Shown here one piece after another: positions 17,967-25,289 of a DNA stretch of 64,000 bases. The stretch lies in the sequence record OP555981.1; one strand, 5' to 3'. The notes under the pieces were generated by a model. That model was not told where the DNA came from and did no database searches. It saw only the letters and a program-made list of their open reading frames with translations. The stretch comes from Escherichia phage vB_EcoM-UFV10. The translations under genes and the position numbers were made by a program. Each line of letters starts with the position of its first letter. The first letter of the stretch is position 1.

Positions 17967-18010
17967 ATTAACCTTTATTCATAAAAGCATTAAAAATTTG
18001 ATCGTCAATA
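17964..18010. repeat. 47-bp junction repeat, copy B
   Basis: near-identical to 17606-17652; covers C-terminal codons, stop, SD and next start. Confidence 0.8.
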
Positions 18011-18600
18011 GAAACTTTTACTTTAGGATGTTCTTCAAACGGTAATTCATATCCACATATTACAATTTTGTGATCGATACCAAAATACACAGAAGCAATA
18101 TGATTAATATTATTTTCAGTGAAATCTAAATCAACATCAATATCTTTTTGACTAACGCTCAAAGGATAATTAATACGAATAATTCGATTATCTTTAACAA
18201 AGATTCCACCGACATACTCTGTGTTGCGTTTAAAGTTTACACGTTTCCTAAATGAAAAATATTCAGGTTCTTTATGAGCCCGACTCATAGGACACAATGA
18301 GTAGCTAGAATAAGAGATGTCAAATCCTACACCTTCAATATGAGCCAACGTGTCATGATTAAACCAATTATAATCATACGCCAAATCCATTATATTGTAA
18401 TATGTGAAAGGCACCGGATTAACATCATATATTGTACCTTTAAAATCTGCCCAGGCAACGATTTCATTATCTTTAACAATTACAAAAATTGTGCCAATAA
18501 GATATCCACGGTTATTTTCATCAGGCGTTATATTATAACATTGTGCATCAGGAAATTTACCGTATTTAAACGGTGGATTTTTGTGCATATAATAAATCAT
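17968..18600 (-). CDS. hypothetical protein
   Basis: 210 aa from ATG (track start is GTG); C-terminus SIDDQIFNAFMNKG. Confidence 0.45.
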   Translation of the reverse strand: MIYYMHKNPPFKYGKFPDAQCYNITPDENNRGYLIGTIFVIVKDNEIVAWADFKGTIYDVNPVPFTYYNIMDLAYDYNWFNHDTLAHIEGVGFDISYSSYSLCPMSRAHKEPEYFSFRKRVNFKRNTEYVGGIFVKDNRIIRINYPLSVSQKDIDVDLDFTENNINHIASVYFGIDHKIVICGYELPFEEHPKVKVSIDDQIFNAFMNKG

Positions 18601-18601
18601 A

Positions 18602-18895
18602 TTATTCACCTGTGATTTCGGTTACGATATCTTTGTTATCAAAATTAGGGTCACAATACAAAACATAGTTATACTGCATCACACCACCTGATTTAAGCTG
18701 TTTTTGTACTTCAACTTTCATATTGGGACGATCACGCTCAACGATATTCATAATATCCGCTTCAATTTGAGTTTCAACTTCAGTCTGATCTGCAGTCATA
18801 GACCATTCACACAAATCTTTATCATAACCTGCCATAGCAGGCTGAGCAGCACAAGAAGCTAAAGCAAAAATTGCAGCAAAGATAAATTTTTTCAT
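18602..18895 (-). CDS. sp: periplasmic spackle-like protein
   Basis: 97 aa with signal peptide MKKFIFAAIFALASCAAQPAMA; size and position match T4 Sp. Confidence 0.65.
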   Translation of the reverse strand: MKKFIFAAIFALASCAAQPAMAGYDKDLCEWSMTADQTEVETQIEADIMNIVERDRPNMKVEVQKQLKSGGVMQYNYVLYCDPNFDNKDIVTEITGE

Positions 18896-18923
18896 GATAA
18901 TCTCCTCAGTAGTTTATGTTTAT

Positions 18924-18953
18924 ATAGTATCTCAATTTCCAACAAAAGTAAAC
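18924..18953 (-). promoter_or_regulatory. early promoter for sp
   Basis: minus strand GTTTAC-18bp-TACTAT; approximate. Confidence 0.45.
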
Positions 18954-18955
18954 AG

Positions 18956-19213
18956 CTATTTTAAAACTTCTGCATAATCACATGTTACAAACTGTTTCTC
19001 TAACTTGACGATTTTACGAAAATACCTTTTACACTGACGAATCTGTCGCTTCGTAGGACGTACAGCAAACTTAATAAATTCCACTCGACCAAATGGAGGA
19101 CTTTCTTCTGCTGGAATATCTAGCACCAATTCCCACGTATCTGCAATAAGTGCTTTGAATTGCGTATTTTTCCTGACGTTATACGGAGTAGGTTTAAATA
19201 AAACAATATGCAT
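18956..19213 (-). CDS. hypothetical protein
   Basis: 85 aa from ATG behind GAGGATAAT; track start is TTG. Confidence 0.4.
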   Translation of the reverse strand: MHIVLFKPTPYNVRKNTQFKALIADTWELVLDIPAEESPPFGRVEFIKFAVRPTKRQIRQCKRYFRKIVKLEKQFVTCDYAEVLK

Positions 19214-19214
19214 A

Positions 19215-19397
19215 TTATCCTCGGCAATCCACTTCGCACACTTTCTTGTCATCAATGAAAGCTTCAACTAATGCTTTATTAACTTCAGCATATTGAGTAG
19301 TAGCCCATTGAACGTCATCTTTCATCATTGTGGTTTCTTTAGTAAACATGCTTTCATTCTTAAACCACCCCATAAAAACTACCTTTACCAATTCCAT
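19215..19397 (-). CDS. dmd: Dmd, antitoxin against host RnlA/LsoA endoribonucleases
   Basis: 60 aa, MELVKVVFMGWFKNESMFTKE...DDKKVCEVDCRG matches T4 Dmd as remembered. Confidence 0.85.
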   Translation of the reverse strand: MELVKVVFMGWFKNESMFTKETTMMKDDVQWATTQYAEVNKALVEAFIDDKKVCEVDCRG

Positions 19398-19426
19398 AAC
19401 AATCTCCTCATTTAACCAACAAAACT

Positions 19427-19456
19427 ACTATACCATAGTCTTGTCAGCTTGTAAAC
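19427..19456 (-). promoter_or_regulatory. early promoter for dmd
   Basis: minus strand GTTTAC-18bp-TATAGT with extended TGG; -35 overlaps the gene 41 stop. Confidence 0.45.
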
Positions 19457-20883
19457 TAAAATTTTAATTCATTTGCCAAAGCATCTAACTGAGCTCGAGC
19501 TGATTCGTTTCTTTGATAGCGATTCTGTTCAGCCTGAATCTGCTGTGAACCTGCTACTTCACTCACTTCGGTTGGAGTAGAATCTTGTTCAATTTCTACC
19601 CATTTTTGATTTCCTTTTTGAACACCCATCAAAAACTTATTCCACTTATTCTTATCACCATATCGTGATTTGATTTGCTTAATGAGTTGTTGTTCAGCAG
19701 CTGCTAGCTCCTCGGTTTCAATGACCGCAAGCATAAAATCAGCTGTTGCTGGAAGACCAGCAGATTCTGCAATATCGCTCATGTTAACATCGGAAGAGTC
19801 CCAAGCTTGTTTACCGACCTGTGCTGCAGTCCAAAGAACAGTTTCTGTTTCAACAGCCAGAGCACGTAATTCCTCTGCAATAGCTTTAACAGTGGTGTAA
19901 CTATTTTCTGAATAAACTCTAATGCGGCAAGATTTACAAATACCTAGATAGTCGACAATAATGATTGTTGGAACAAAATTCTTTTTGAGCTTCAATTCAT
20001 TCAAGAGAGACCTGAATGTGTTAGCGTCTGCTCCACCAGTAGGATATTGCTTAACGATTAAACGACCGAGAGTAGATTTCTCACGCCATTTTTCCATTTT
20101 TCCTTTATACTCGGCATAAGAAATATGTCCATCATCAATATCGTCAAGAGAAACATCGAGCATGTTAGCATCAATACGTTTAGCACAGACTTCTTCTGCC
20201 ATTTCCATGGAGATATAAAGAACGTTATGACCAAGCTGCAAATAATCTGCTGCTAATGAACAAAGTCCTAATGATTTACCAACGTTAACGCCAGCCATTA
20301 AAACGTTCAGTGTTCCAGTCTCAGCTCCGCCTTTAGTAATTTTGTTTAGAATTCTGAGTTTAAATGGAACCTTACGAGCTTTATTCATATAAGATAGCCA
20401 ACGCGCTTCATAGTCATCCATCCAATCATGACCAACGTAGCTATCAAATGAAATTGATAATGCTTGGCGCATGATGTCAGGAATAGCACCTACATCTGGC
20501 ATTTTCTTATTTCGTTTTTCCGGAGGAAGCTCAGCATTAGTTTGAATTTCAATTATTTTAGATGTGGCGTTAAACATCGCCCTTTGCTGAACATATTTTT
20601 CTGTTTCTTTTACTAACCAGCTATGGTCTTCCGGAGAATCGGCCAGTTTTGAAATAAGTGTTTTTACACCAGAATATTCTGTTTCAGTAAATGAACTATT
20701 TTCTAATGCAACATTTAACGCATTAATAGATGGAACGTTATGGTATTCATTAACATGAGATTTAATTAATTTGAATGTATTTTTAGCTGGACCACTTTCA
20801 AAATATTCTGAATCCATATATGGCCAAACTTTTGAAAAATAAGCTTGATCAAATATGAGATGAGAAAGAATAATTTCTACCAC
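19456..20883 (-). CDS. 41: replicative DNA helicase (DnaB-like)
   Basis: 475 aa, MVEIILSHLIFDQAYF..., Walker A GVNVGKS; first codon reads GTG behind AAGGAG. Confidence 0.9.
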   Translation of the reverse strand: MVEIILSHLIFDQAYFSKVWPYMDSEYFESGPAKNTFKLIKSHVNEYHNVPSINALNVALENSSFTETEYSGVKTLISKLADSPEDHSWLVKETEKYVQQRAMFNATSKIIEIQTNAELPPEKRNKKMPDVGAIPDIMRQALSISFDSYVGHDWMDDYEARWLSYMNKARKVPFKLRILNKITKGGAETGTLNVLMAGVNVGKSLGLCSLAADYLQLGHNVLYISMEMAEEVCAKRIDANMLDVSLDDIDDGHISYAEYKGKMEKWREKSTLGRLIVKQYPTGGADANTFRSLLNELKLKKNFVPTIIIVDYLGICKSCRIRVYSENSYTTVKAIAEELRALAVETETVLWTAAQVGKQAWDSSDVNMSDIAESAGLPATADFMLAVIETEELAAAEQQLIKQIKSRYGDKNKWNKFLMGVQKGNQKWVEIEQDSTPTEVSEVAGSQQIQAEQNRYQRNESARAQLDALANELKF

Positions 20884-20892
20884 ACTTACTCC

Positions 20893-21237
20893 TTAAAAGA
20901 ATTTAAATTTTTTCTTTGACCTTTTATTAAATGCATCTTGTAGTTGCATTGTAATACATTTTTCTACATGAGGAGCTAACTCAGCTTTTCTTTCTTGGTC
21001 AAGAACAGCAAAGTCCATTACGACTTTTCCATCAACCCAATCTAATTTTGTCACATACACAATGTGTGTAGAACCGTCTTCTAGTTTAATGACAATCTCC
21101 TGGATAACATTTTCCATGGCAGATTTAATTATCTTAAGAGATTCATTAAAAAGACGTTCTTTTCTTTCTTCTTCCCCCTCCGAAGAGGGGGATTCATCGA
21201 TAATTTTTAGATCTAAATCTAAATCATCTTTATTCAT
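20893..21237 (-). CDS. 40: gene 40-position protein (head vertex assembly chaperone in T4)
   Basis: 114 aa from internal ATG; between 41 and uvsX as in T4; acidic N-terminus. Confidence 0.5.
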   Translation of the reverse strand: MNKDDLDLDLKIIDESPSSEGEEERKERLFNESLKIIKSAMENVIQEIVIKLEDGSTHIVYVTKLDWVDGKVVMDFAVLDQERKAELAPHVEKCITMQLQDAFNKRSKKKFKFF

Positions 21238-22411
21238 TAAATTCTTCCATATCACTTAACTGATCTAGGTCAGTTTCTAAATCAGCTGCTGATTTACTTT
21301 TACTTTCTGGAGATTTAAATTTTTCAACCTTTGAGTTAATCAATTCATCAACTTCAGCTTCAACAATTTCATTACTATCAATAGCACCTAACTGATAAGC
21401 ACGTTTAATAGCATCTCGGAACGGTTGATGCTTAAATAAAGGACCCCAGAATGTAGTGCAATTGGTATCTTTTGCACGCCAAGATTTTTCTTCGCGAATC
21501 ATCTCGCCGGTTTCTTCGTCAAGAAATTCACGAGCATACCAGCCATTTTTAGGTTTTACCACAAATCCTAATTCTAAAGCCATATCTAACAATCCAGAAT
21601 AAGGATCGATGCCACCGTCAAATTTAACATCAATAAAGAATTTACTTTTTTCTTTGACGGTACGAGATTTTTCTACATTTAGAACAAATTGATACCCCTG
21701 AAGATCAGAACCATCTTTAATCTGGCGCTTACCGATAATGAATACGGTATCAGCCGAATACATTACACCTGTACCACCTGTCATCACGGTTTTACTAAAC
21801 ATTTCAATTGTTTCAATTGTGTGGTTAACCGCAACACATGGAATATTTTTAATACTAAAATAAGGAGTAACAATACGGAATAATGACTTCAGTGATTTAG
21901 CACGAGTCATATCTGCCACAGATTTTTCATTCAAGGCATCTTCCGTTTCTTTCTTAGAAGCCATATTACCGATTGAGTCGATGAATACAATAACTTTTTC
22001 ACCACGCTCAATAGCTTCAAGCTGATTCACCATATCAATTTTCAGCTGTTCAACTGACTGAATTGGTGTATGAATTACTCGTTCCGGATCAACTCCCATG
22101 GATCGCAAATAAGCTGGAGTAATACCAAATTCGCTATCATAGAATAGACACACCGCGTCAGGATATTTGTTCAAATACGCCGCAACCATAGTCAAAGACA
22201 TATTTGATTTAAAGTGTTTAGAAGGACCTGCAAAAATGGTTAAACCAGACTGCATACCACCATCAATCGCACCTGAAATAGCGATATTAAGCATTGGGAT
22301 TTTTGTACGGATTACATCCTTTTCATTAAAGAATTTAGATGTAGTCAGTTCAGCAGTCATTTTAGAAGTGGAAGCTTTAATCAAACGGGATTTTAAATCT
22401 GCAATAGACAT
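21230..22411 (-). CDS. uvsX: UvsX recombinase (RecA-like)
   Basis: 393 aa, near-identical to remembered T4 UvsX across N- and C-termini; Walker A GPSKHFKS. Confidence 0.9.
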   Translation of the reverse strand: MSIADLKSRLIKASTSKMTAELTTSKFFNEKDVIRTKIPMLNIAISGAIDGGMQSGLTIFAGPSKHFKSNMSLTMVAAYLNKYPDAVCLFYDSEFGITPAYLRSMGVDPERVIHTPIQSVEQLKIDMVNQLEAIERGEKVIVFIDSIGNMASKKETEDALNEKSVADMTRAKSLKSLFRIVTPYFSIKNIPCVAVNHTIETIEMFSKTVMTGGTGVMYSADTVFIIGKRQIKDGSDLQGYQFVLNVEKSRTVKEKSKFFIDVKFDGGIDPYSGLLDMALELGFVVKPKNGWYAREFLDEETGEMIREEKSWRAKDTNCTTFWGPLFKHQPFRDAIKRAYQLGAIDSNEIVEAEVDELINSKVEKFKSPESKSKSAADLETDLDQLSDMEEFNE

Positions 22412-22488
22412 TCATTTTTTCCATAGGCATCATTATATTTTCCTCACTGGTTAAAGATAAAGTAATTATAACACAATAAATTTAGGCA

Positions 22489-23331
22489 TTAATCAACTGC
22501 TATTGGATGAATAGCATTAAACTTATGAAACGCTTCTGATTTTTCTTTGCGCGAAACACACATGCGAAGAACCTTTAATGGCTCGTCTTCTTCACCCAAC
22601 GATTTTCTCTTTTCAATATTAGAAGTTTTCCAACGAGCTTGCTCTGGAAACTCTCTATTGATTTGCTCAAGAGCTCTATTATGTTTTGAATTACTACGAA
22701 TTGAACTACATCCGCCTGGAGCTTGTGCTTTTCCAGATACAACCAGATATTTGAACAAGGCCAAATGCGGATAACCTTGATTAATTAAATTGAGAAATGC
22801 ATACATATCTTCGCATAAATCAATTTTTCCATACCCAATTTGTTCTGTTGTAAGTTTCCCGAGGTCATACCAAGTATTCGTGAATCCATATGAATTTTCA
22901 CGATAATTACCCCAAGATGAAGTAATTTTAAAAATTGGTAAACGAGCATGGCCATGATAATACCCGCAATCCATGGCATCTTCAACGTATTGAATCAATT
23001 CATAGAACTGTTCACGAGTTAACTGATTAATTTTATCTACGCAGCGACGGTCATCTTTCTTTCGCATTGAACTCATACGAATAGTAGTATCATCGTCAAT
23101 CATCCAAATTCGTTGACCTGCATACATATCAGTAATTGCTTTACGAGTACCAGCAATTCCGTTAACATCATCAGGAATAGTTATAATTTTAGCTCTAGAC
23201 CCGTAAGCGTCATAATAAGCTTTTTCTTCGTGTTCACGTACTACAATATGTGGTTCATAATCAGTCGGAAACATATCAAGGGCAGAAACTGCCCCTACGC
23301 GTTGATAGCTTGGAATTACGAATTGAATCAT
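22489..23331 (-). CDS. GT-A family glycosyltransferase at the beta-gt locus (possibly beta-glucosyl-HMC alpha-glucosyltransferase)
   Basis: 280 aa from ATG; DxD-type motif IWMIDDDTT; not T4 beta-gt (351 aa, different sequence); ATGA overlap with gene 42. Confidence 0.55.
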   Translation of the reverse strand: MIQFVIPSYQRVGAVSALDMFPTDYEPHIVVREHEEKAYYDAYGSRAKIITIPDDVNGIAGTRKAITDMYAGQRIWMIDDDTTIRMSSMRKKDDRRCVDKINQLTREQFYELIQYVEDAMDCGYYHGHARLPIFKITSSWGNYRENSYGFTNTWYDLGKLTTEQIGYGKIDLCEDMYAFLNLINQGYPHLALFKYLVVSGKAQAPGGCSSIRSNSKHNRALEQINREFPEQARWKTSNIEKRKSLGEEDEPLKVLRMCVSRKEKSEAFHKFNAIHPIAVD

Positions 23332-24068
23332 TTCCACTCACCGTTATAATCTTTTTTCGCAATATGAGTTTCGCCAGTTTTCCACCAATGGTCAACCAAA
23401 TAAAAATGACGGGAATACACATGAAGGCTCCCGACATTCCATATAATGGAACCTGCTTTATACTGACGGGTTGAATCACCTGCATTCAAATCAGATACTA
23501 ATTTATCTAGTACGTATTTTTGCCATGCATAATCATTACGGAATCCGAAGACCACGTCATTTGAACGCATGCTTACTACTGCATTGACTTTCTTATCACG
23601 AATCAGGTACTGTACTGTATTCGTACACATGAAATCTGACATACCATCTTTATTGTAGTCAAACTGCATGGATGGACGAGTATAAATCATGATACCACGC
23701 CGAGAATCAGGATTTTGACCAAGTTCAGCTAAACACATATCATACTGAGCATAGTTATCTTCTGACCAAATAGCCCAACCATAATTCGAGTTAATTTCGC
23801 CTTTAGAAGATGCTACCTGTTGCCAAATCTTCGGTGTTTCACCTGGAATATCTTTAACAAACAGGCTTTGAGACTTATACCATTCAAGTTCACGCTGAAT
23901 GTATTCATCATTAAGAGCGCCAAAAATAAAAGGTTCATCTGCTACAAATGATGCACCAATAATTTCAATAGTTTTAACACCAGTTTTATCAATTACGAAA
24001 TCTTTTTCCTTTAATGCAAGACCCAAATCAAGACGGATTTCTTCAACTGTCATATAATCGTTAATCAT
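23328..24068 (-). CDS. 42: dCMP hydroxymethylase (thymidylate-synthase fold)
   Basis: 246 aa, position between the glycosyltransferase and imm; length matches T4 gp42. Confidence 0.8.
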   Translation of the reverse strand: MINDYMTVEEIRLDLGLALKEKDFVIDKTGVKTIEIIGASFVADEPFIFGALNDEYIQRELEWYKSQSLFVKDIPGETPKIWQQVASSKGEINSNYGWAIWSEDNYAQYDMCLAELGQNPDSRRGIMIYTRPSMQFDYNKDGMSDFMCTNTVQYLIRDKKVNAVVSMRSNDVVFGFRNDYAWQKYVLDKLVSDLNAGDSTRQYKAGSIIWNVGSLHVYSRHFYLVDHWWKTGETHIAKKDYNGEWK

Positions 24069-24075
24069 TTAAACC

Positions 24076-24225
24076 TCAATTGATGCATTCATATTTAATT
24101 TGTAACAGTAATAAACCCCAACCTATAATAAGTGTCGGAATCATACAAGGAACCGTTACGCTATAGTATATACTTATTATAATCATCAAGATTAAAAGCA
24201 ATACTGCTAAAATTTTGCTTTTCAT
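24076..24225 (-). CDS. small membrane peptide (imm.1-like)
   Basis: 49-aa hydrophobic ORF read by hand (MKSKILAVLLLILMIIISIYY...); ATGA overlap with imm stop. Confidence 0.35.
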   Translation of the reverse strand: MKSKILAVLLLILMIIISIYYSVTVPCMIPTLIIGWGLLLLQIKYECIN

Positions 24226-24473
24226 TCCTTCTCTCTGATGATAATTACTTGATTTGGTTGTACAGATTTTTTAGTTTCACCTGCAATTGACCAAATAAAT
24301 GTAATAAACCAACCAATGATTGACCAGTTAAACAGTAAAGATGTGAAAAAGATTCCTACTGTCGATTTTGACCCACGCATCAAGGCGATGAACCATGGAA
24401 GCATGTATATAATAATAGCCAACACGCCTGAAACTAAAACCATAAAAATTGAACCTGCTACTAAAGTTTCCAT
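24222..24473 (-). CDS. imm: immunity to superinfection membrane protein
   Basis: 83 aa, two transmembrane segments, size and position match T4 Imm. Confidence 0.65.
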   Translation of the reverse strand: METLVAGSIFMVLVSGVLAIIIYMLPWFIALMRGSKSTVGIFFTSLLFNWSIIGWFITFIWSIAGETKKSVQPNQVIIIREKE

Positions 24474-24480
24474 ATTTTCC

Positions 24481-24861
24481 TCACTTAGTCAAATTTTTTA
24501 CGCATGAATTATAAGAATTCACTACATACTCCATCGGAGCATTTTTACCTGTACGCCATTGGTAATTATTAGCCCAATTAGCCCAAAGCTCAGCGCAGTA
24601 GTTTTCAATTTTTTCTTCGCGTGTAATTACATCTGAATTACGATATGCTTGAGCAGATTCATCTGGGCGAATAGCTTCGTCAAAATTCGCCTGCATCTGT
24701 TCTACTGTCTGTTTTGGAGCTTCTTTATAACACTTAACATTAGGATTATAAAATTTGCTTGAACAGTTTACAATTTTTCCTACATCAGATTGATTTACTA
24801 CCGGTCCTTGAGCTACACAGCCAGTAAGACCTAATGCAATAACCAAAATAGCGATTTTCAT
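24481..24861 (-). CDS. lipoprotein
   Basis: 126 aa with lipobox LTGC-V. Confidence 0.5.
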   Translation of the reverse strand: MKIAILVIALGLTGCVAQGPVVNQSDVGKIVNCSSKFYNPNVKCYKEAPKQTVEQMQANFDEAIRPDESAQAYRNSDVITREEKIENYCAELWANWANNYQWRTGKNAPMEYVVNSYNSCVKNLTK

Positions 24862-24871
24862 AATAATTTCC

Positions 24872-25108
24872 TCAAATACAAGTAGTAATTACTCCAGTAG
24901 TGCTTACACAGGTATTACCTAATTGAACACCCAACGTTCCATTAGTATTCATATGAAGATTATCATCAATTTTTGTTGATACTTTACCATTCATGTGAAT
25001 AATAGTATTAGATTCAATCACATTCTGAGTGTCATTTTCAATATCAATAAATGGAACAGTTGCTAATGCAACTAAACACACTGCTAAACAACCATAAACA
25101 ATTTTCAT
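24872..25108 (-). CDS. small secreted protein
   Basis: 78 aa from ATG MKIVYGCLAVCLVALA; track extension is translated promoter/leader. Confidence 0.5.
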   Translation of the reverse strand: MKIVYGCLAVCLVALATVPFIDIENDTQNVIESNTIIHMNGKVSTKIDDNLHMNTNGTLGVQLGNTCVSTTGVITTCI

Positions 25109-25143
25109 TTTATTCTCCAAATCCGTATCAGTTGATAGTTGTA

Positions 25144-25172
25144 TAGTACCATGGAAGAACGGGGATGTAAAT
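25144..25172 (-). promoter_or_regulatory. early promoter plus conserved leader (TTTACA / TACTAT / ...GGAGAATAAAATG)
   Basis: same promoter-leader module as at about 6100, 51350, 52800, 56380. Confidence 0.5.
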
Positions 25173-25260
25173 AGTTTTGTGAAAAAATTTTTAATGAATT
25201 TACAGGACCTAGAATCATCTATTTTTCCTAAGTATAGATTTATATTACTTGTATGAAAAA

Positions 25261-25276
25261 GGGACCCGGAGGTCCC
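25261..25276 (-). terminator. hairpin terminator after gene 43
   Basis: GGGACC-cgga-GGTCCC followed on minus strand by CTTTTTC. Confidence 0.6.
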
Positions 25277-25289
25277 TAGATTTATTCTA

